DNA of 37,528 nt from a virus. Taxonomy: Duplodnaviria > Caudoviricetes. Position numbers and translations under genes: made by a program. Numbering within the stretch: the stretch's first letter is position 1; every line of letters starts with the position of its first letter. The DNA is taken from the IMG/VR virus record IMGVR_UViG_3300012933_000191, positions 1-37,528 of that record, one strand, 5' to 3'. This document shows, piece after piece, positions 32,755 through 37,528 of the stretch. The notes beneath the pieces were generated by a model. It was given only the letters and a program-made list of their open reading frames with translations, was not told the origin of the DNA and searched no databases.

Positions 32755-32960
32755 TGTGGATAACTCTGTGGACAACCTGTGGATAACTTTTACTGACTAA
32801 CGAGTCATTAAGGCCAATGCGAATGATTATCAATTAGGGGCGGGGGAGGGGACAAGGGTGGGTGAACTTTTGGTGTACCCTCCGAGATACAAAAAAGAGA
32901 GAAACTGACTAAAAAGGTTGGTTATTAATAAGGGACAGGTTGTGGATAACTTGTTGATAA
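32755..32960 (-). promoter_or_regulatory. Five co-oriented DnaA boxes in two clusters
   Basis: Plus strand TGTGGATAA (= TTATCCACA) at 32755, 32778 and 32941; one-mismatch copies TGTGGACAA at 32767 and TGTTGATAA at 32952. Confidence 0.8.
32816..32834. promoter_or_regulatory. Fur box-like site
   Basis: AATGCGAATGATTATCAAT vs AATGATAATNATTATCATT (3 mismatches). Confidence 0.6.
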
Positions 32961-33015
32961 CATTAAAGAAATTGGTAAAACATGCTAAGTTAGTAACCAC
33001 TAACATAAATAGTGC

Positions 33016-33044
33016 TTGACAAACAACAAAAAGTATGCTATAAT
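33016..33044 (+). promoter_or_regulatory. Consensus sigma70 promoter for the packaging genes
   Basis: TTGACA-17 nt-TATAAT with extended -10 TG. Confidence 0.9.
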
Positions 33045-33249
33045 GAAGACATAGTAAGTAATTAAGGAAGACTTACTGGATGACCACTAAGGATGGTTAC
33101 ATTAATGTAGACCCTCTATGTCTTAGAAATAAACATAATAATGTTAATAACAAATATGCCTCTATCTCCTAGGAGAACATTAAAGTAAGCCTTAATTCCA
33201 TTCTGGACTGTTGGTCCATAGAAGCTGTCCTGAATAGCTATAGATGTTT

Positions 33250-33302
33250 TGTTATAAACATGTTATATTTTTATGCTTGTTATAAACAGGCTGTTATAAA
33301 CA
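33250..33302. repeat. TGTTATAAACA x3 upstream of terS
   Basis: Exact copies at 33250, 33278 and 33292; a fourth exact copy at 177-187. Confidence 0.85.
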
Positions 33303-33312
33303 ATAGGCCCAT

Positions 33313-33702
33313 ATGGACACCCTAAACACTGAAATTAAAAAGAGAGGCAGAGGTCGTCCCAAAAAGGGAGAGATTGTTGCCAAGAAGAAGCCCGGCAAAC
33401 TGGGCAGACCCCTAGGAGAAGCTGGCATCATTGCTGAATATAGAGCAAGGATGTTAACTAGCCCTAAGAGCAAGCTTGTCTTGGAGAAGGTGTTTGATGC
33501 AGCCCTAGAGGATGGTCATCCACACCAAGCAGCAGCTTGGAAGCTTGTTATGGACCGTATTGTCCCTGCCAGTGCTTTTGATCCCCAGAAGGCTGGAGGA
33601 GCTAAGCCAATGGTAAACATCACCATTACAGGGGTTGGAGGAGAAACCACCATTGTTGGTGAAACAGGTGATGTAGAGGACGTGGAGTTTAAGGATGTCT
33701 GA
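33313..33702 (+). CDS. terS: Terminase small subunit (putative)
   Basis: 129 aa directly upstream of and overlapping terL; KRGRGRPKK N-terminus; HQAAAWKLVMDRI.P. Confidence 0.75.
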   Translation: MDTLNTEIKKRGRGRPKKGEIVAKKKPGKLGRPLGEAGIIAEYRARMLTSPKSKLVLEKVFDAALEDGHPHQAAAWKLVMDRIVPASAFDPQKAGGAKPMVNITITGVGGETTIVGETGDVEDVEFKDV

Positions 33703-34948
33703 ACTTAAGATTGAACTCCTCCCTTGGCAGCAGAAGGTATGGAATGATGATACACGTTTCAAAGTGGTTGCTGCTGGTCGTAGAACAGGAAAGTCTAGAC
33801 TAGCTGCCTATTTGCTCATTGTTAACGCCTTGCAGGCAAACAAGGGCCATGTGTTTTATGTTGCTCCAACACAAGGACAGGCCAGAGACATTATGTGGCA
33901 AACCTTGTTGGAGGTGGGCCATCCAGTGATTAGTGGAAGCCATATTAACAACTTACAGATTAAGCTTGTTAACGGAGCCACCATTAGCCTTAAAGGAGCT
34001 GATAGACCAGAAACAATGCGTGGTGTCTCGTTGAAGTTTTTGGTAATGGATGAATATGCAGATATGAAGCCAGAGGTGTGGGAACAAATCCTCCGTCCTG
34101 CTTTGGCTGACCAGAAGGGCTGTGCCTTGTTCATTGGAACACCAATGGGCCGTAACCACTTCTATGACCTCTATCAACATGCCTGTAAGGGAACTGATGA
34201 AACATTCAAGGGATGGCATTTCACTTCGTATGACAACCCAATTCTAGACCCAAATGAAATCGAAGCCGCCAAGAAGAGCATGTCTAGCTTTGCATTTAGA
34301 CAAGAATTTATGGCTTCATTTGAAGCACAGGGTGGTAATCTATTCAAAGACGAATGGGTTAAGTTTGATTCGGAAGAACCGAAGAAGGGTGATTATTACA
34401 TTGCTTGTGACTTAGCTGGCTTTGCAGACGAGAGCAAGGGAAGCAAGAGCAAGAGACTAGATAACAGCTCCTTTGCCATTGTTAAGACTAACGAAGATGG
34501 CTGGTGGGTTAAGGACATTGTGTTTGGACGTTGGACTGTTGAAGAGACAGCCCGTAAGCTGTTCCAAGCAGTTAAGAAGTATGAACCATTAGCCGTAGGC
34601 ATTGAACGTGGTATTGCTAAGCAAGCCGTGATGCCCTACCTAACAGACATCATGCGTAAGAATCAAACATTCTTTAGAGTGGAAGAACTTACACACGGAA
34701 ACAAGAAGAAGAGTGATCGTATTGTTTGGGCCTTACAGGGCCGCTTTGAACACGGACAGATCAAACTAAACAAAGGGGAATGGAATGCTGAGTTCTTAGA
34801 TGAACTGTTTCAGTTTCCAAACCCAATGGTGCATGATGACTTGATCGACAGCTTGTCATACATCGAGCAGCTTTCTAAACAGGCATATGTGTCTGATTGG
34901 GAAGAAGAAGAAGAATATGAACCAATTGACAGCTGGTCAGGCTATTAA
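33695..34948 (+). CDS. terL: Terminase large subunit
   Basis: Walker A AGRRTGKS, Walker B LVMDE, coupling motif IGTP, nuclease DLA...HDDLID. Confidence 0.95.
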   Translation: MSELKIELLPWQQKVWNDDTRFKVVAAGRRTGKSRLAAYLLIVNALQANKGHVFYVAPTQGQARDIMWQTLLEVGHPVISGSHINNLQIKLVNGATISLKGADRPETMRGVSLKFLVMDEYADMKPEVWEQILRPALADQKGCALFIGTPMGRNHFYDLYQHACKGTDETFKGWHFTSYDNPILDPNEIEAAKKSMSSFAFRQEFMASFEAQGGNLFKDEWVKFDSEEPKKGDYYIACDLAGFADESKGSKSKRLDNSSFAIVKTNEDGWWVKDIVFGRWTVEETARKLFQAVKKYEPLAVGIERGIAKQAVMPYLTDIMRKNQTFFRVEELTHGNKKKSDRIVWALQGRFEHGQIKLNKGEWNAEFLDELFQFPNPMVHDDLIDSLSYIEQLSKQAYVSDWEEEEEYEPIDSWSGY

Positions 34949-34963
34949 TATCTAAGGAAACCT

Positions 34964-36922
34964 ATGCTAGAAAAAGAAGACATTCAAGAAACATCTAAGC
35001 TTGCTGGCTGGGTGATTGAAAAAGCCGATAAGTGGCGTGATCATTACACAAGCAACTACTCAGAGAAACATGAGGAATATTATCGCTTGTGGAGAGGTCA
35101 ATGGGACGCTCAGGACAAGACACGTGAGAGCGAGCGTAGTAAGCTCATTGCTCCTGCCTTGCAACAAGCTGTGGAGAGCAGCGTGGCTGAGGTGGAAGAG
35201 GCTACGTTTGGTCGTGGCAAATGGTTTGACATCAAGGATGATGTAGCAGACAAAGAGAACGAAGACATTGTAACAATGCGTAGAAAGCTTGACGAAGAGT
35301 TCAAGTTTAACAAAGGCCGTAGACAAATTGCTGAAGCTTTGTTGAATGCTGCTGTCTATGGTACAGGCTGTGTGGAGCTTGTATTGGACGAAGTGACAGA
35401 CTTGGTTCCTGCTACACAGAGCGTTCTTGATGGCGCTATGAAAGCCGTTGGTGTTATGCAGGAGCAACGCACCGTGGTTAGATGGAGACCTATTCTCCCT
35501 CAGAACTTCCTGATTGACCCAGCAGCTCCAACCATTGAAGAAGCCTTGGGTGTTGCCATTGATGAGTTTGTTCCTAAACATCAAGTTCAACAAAACATTG
35601 AGAAGGGTGTCTATAACGATGTAGACATTGAACAAGCAGCTCCTGACCAAGAACTTGAGCCAGACCAAGACCTCGTTGTCTATGCTGACGACAAGGTGAG
35701 ACTGACCAAATATTATGGCTTGGTTCCTACAGACTTGTTTAAAGAAGCAACGATGGGTGAAGACTACGTTGAGCCTGTTGATGATGAAGCAGAAGACGAG
35801 AAAGAACCTGAATATACAGAAGCCATAGTTATTGTGGGTAATGGTGGTGTGTTGTTGAAGGTTGAAGCCAACCCATACATGATGCAAGACCGTCCTGTTG
35901 CAGCTTTCCCTTGGGATGTGGTTCCCGGACGCTTCTGGGGCCGTGGTGTTTGTGAGAAGGGCTACAACAGCCAGAAAGCCCTCGATGCAGAGCTTCGTGC
36001 TCGTATTGATGCCTTGGCTATGACTGTCCATCCAATGATGGCTATGGACGCTACACGTATGCCTAGAGGTGCTAAGCTGGAAGTGAGACCCGGTAAGAAC
36101 ATTCTCACTAACGGTAATCCAAACGAAGTGTTGATGCCCTTTAAGTTTGGCAGCATTGATCAGATTACATTTGTTCAAGCAGAACAGCTCCAGAAGATGG
36201 TACAGATGGCTACAGGTGCTGTAGACGCTGGTGGCATGTCTGGTGTGATTAACGGGGAAGCAGCGGCAGGCGCTGTCAGCATGTCTTTAGGGGCCATTAT
36301 TAAGCGCCACAAACGCACCCTTATTAACTTCCAAGACAGCTTCCTCATTCCTCTCATTGAGAAGACAGCCTATCGCTACATGCAATATGACCCAGAAAAC
36401 TTCCCAGCTAAAGACTTTAAGTTTGTAGCAAGCAGCTCATTGGGTGTGATTGCTCGTGAATATGAAGTGACCCAACTGGTCCAGCTCTTGCAGACACTAG
36501 GCCAAGATTCTCCAATGTACCCAATGTTGGTTGAAGCTGTCATTGACAACATGTCCCTGTCTAACAGAGAAGACCTGATTAAACAGCTCAAATCAATGAA
36601 TCAGCCTAATCCAGAGGCTCAGAAGGCTCAACAAGCTCAGATGGAGATGCAGATTGCTACACAGCAGGCTCAAATTCAGCTGTTGCAGAGCCAAGCCCAA
36701 GAGAGCCAGAGCAGAGCAGGTAAGTATCAGATGGAAACTCAGGCAATTCCTGAGAAAGTCCAGAATGACCGTATCAGAGCTGTCTCTAGCAACATTCAGC
36801 CGGGCAACCAAGACGACAAAGAGTTCGAGAAACGGGCTAGATTGGCTGAATTGGTGCTCAAAGAGCGTGACATTGTGAGCAAAGAGCGCATGGTGGACAA
36901 GCAGATGACACCAAATAACTAA
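34964..36922 (+). CDS. Portal protein
   Basis: 652 aa after terL; YGTG, FLIDP and PGRFWGRGV motifs; Gln-rich C-terminal barrel. Confidence 0.9.
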   Translation: MLEKEDIQETSKLAGWVIEKADKWRDHYTSNYSEKHEEYYRLWRGQWDAQDKTRESERSKLIAPALQQAVESSVAEVEEATFGRGKWFDIKDDVADKENEDIVTMRRKLDEEFKFNKGRRQIAEALLNAAVYGTGCVELVLDEVTDLVPATQSVLDGAMKAVGVMQEQRTVVRWRPILPQNFLIDPAAPTIEEALGVAIDEFVPKHQVQQNIEKGVYNDVDIEQAAPDQELEPDQDLVVYADDKVRLTKYYGLVPTDLFKEATMGEDYVEPVDDEAEDEKEPEYTEAIVIVGNGGVLLKVEANPYMMQDRPVAAFPWDVVPGRFWGRGVCEKGYNSQKALDAELRARIDALAMTVHPMMAMDATRMPRGAKLEVRPGKNILTNGNPNEVLMPFKFGSIDQITFVQAEQLQKMVQMATGAVDAGGMSGVINGEAAAGAVSMSLGAIIKRHKRTLINFQDSFLIPLIEKTAYRYMQYDPENFPAKDFKFVASSSLGVIAREYEVTQLVQLLQTLGQDSPMYPMLVEAVIDNMSLSNREDLIKQLKSMNQPNPEAQKAQQAQMEMQIATQQAQIQLLQSQAQESQSRAGKYQMETQAIPEKVQNDRIRAVSSNIQPGNQDDKEFEKRARLAELVLKERDIVSKERMVDKQMTPNN

Positions 36923-36947
36923 TTTTCAAGGAAAACAGCCATAGGTA

Positions 36948-36976
36948 TTGACAAAAAGCATTACCTGTGGTATAAT
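36948..36976 (+). promoter_or_regulatory. Consensus sigma70 promoter for the head genes
   Basis: TTGACA-17 nt-TATAAT with extended -10 TG. Confidence 0.9.
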
Positions 36977-37010
36977 AACAACATAGCATCCACAAATAAG
37001 GAGAAATGCT

Positions 37011-37238
37011 GTGTCAGATAGAGAATATTACGATCATCTTATCGGTTTGTTTGCAACACAAGGGTGGAAACTCTACCTAGAAGACCTAGAGGATAACCTA
37101 AAGGGCTTACAGGACGTATCAACCATTGTAAGTGCAGAACAATTCTGGCAAAGAAAGGGACAAGTCGAGCTACTCAGTCGTCTTATTGGCTACCAACCTC
37201 TTATTGAACAACATTATGAGGAAACGTATGGCAATTAG
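37011..37238 (+). CDS. Hypothetical head-module protein
   Basis: TAAGGAG RBS, GTG start; LF.T.GWK...KGQ pattern. Confidence 0.75.
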   Translation: MSDREYYDHLIGLFATQGWKLYLEDLEDNLKGLQDVSTIVSAEQFWQRKGQVELLSRLIGYQPLIEQHYEETYGN

Positions 37239-37461
37239 GGCTTTTGATTATGCCTGTCCCACAGGTCATGTGACAGAACACTTTACCTCAAGCATGGAAG
37301 AGGAAATAAAGTGTCCTGAATGTGGCCTTCTAGCGTCAAGACGCATCTCCACGCCTCAAGTAAAACTTGAAGGTCTCTCTGGTGACTTCCCCGGGGCATA
37401 TAGAAAATGGGAAGCAGTTAGAAGAGAAAAGATGACGATAGAAAACAAGCGGAACTCGTAA
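37228..37461 (+). CDS. FmdB-like zinc-ribbon protein
   Basis: FDYAC..GH..E...CPECG..ASR.IS.P; GAGG RBS. Confidence 0.75.
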   Translation: MAIRAFDYACPTGHVTEHFTSSMEEEIKCPECGLLASRRISTPQVKLEGLSGDFPGAYRKWEAVRREKMTIENKRNS

Positions 37462-37508
37462 GGGTTCTTTTAAAACTTTTCCATAATGCTATTAAGCACG
37501 GAGACTAT

Positions 37509-37528
37509 ATGGCACAATTTATTGACGA
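37509..37528 (+). CDS. Start of the probable scaffolding protein (truncated by the window)
   Basis: GGAG RBS then ATG GCA CAA TTT ATT GAC; synteny between portal and capsid. Confidence 0.45.

Noticed and set aside
32696-33302. Short repeats considered as a CRISPR or mini-array
   Set aside because: Repeats are only 9-11 bp with no regular 25-40 bp spacers, and there are no cas genes
35060-36178. 372-aa antisense ORF inside the portal gene
   Set aside because: Shadow ORF of biased codon usage; no RBS or recognisable motif, and it opposes a clear essential gene
1-37528. Prophage/temperate lifestyle or alternative genetic code
   Set aside because: No integrase, repressor or host flanks seen; all core genes read through intact in the standard code

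Overview
Near-complete (~37.5 kb) genome of a lytic podovirus-type dsDNA tailed phage. The window opens in the last 40 codons of the major capsid gene and ends at the start of the probable scaffold gene, so only the scaffold/capsid segment is missing. Plus strand: terS-terL-portal (33.3-37.5 kb), then tail fibre, lysis cassette, tail and ejection genes (0.2-13.6 kb). Minus strand (32.4 kb to 13.7 kb): many small early ORFs, T7-like primase-helicase, family A DNA polymerase, SSB, 5'-3' exonuclease, HNH nuclease, ThyX, tRNA-Arg(TCT), metallophosphoesterase, class II RNR and glutaredoxin. The two arms converge on a bidirectional terminator at ~13.66 kb. I see no RNA polymerase, integrase or repressor. 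The layout resembles Zobellviridae/SIO1-type phages, and the host is probably a (beta)proteobacterium; both points are inference. The most striking element is the ~870 bp non-coding divergence region (32.44-33.31 kb). It is tiled with matches to host regulator sites: two divergent sigma54 (-24/-12) promoters around three helically phased NtrC-type boxes, five co-oriented DnaA boxes, a Fur box, an SlmA-like site, a TetR-like palindrome, a G-quadruplex-capable tract, a consensus sigma70 promoter and a triplicated TGTTATAAACA motif. This suggests a host-state sensing or host-protein capture panel near the likely genome end. All protein family calls come from motif recognition, not database searches.
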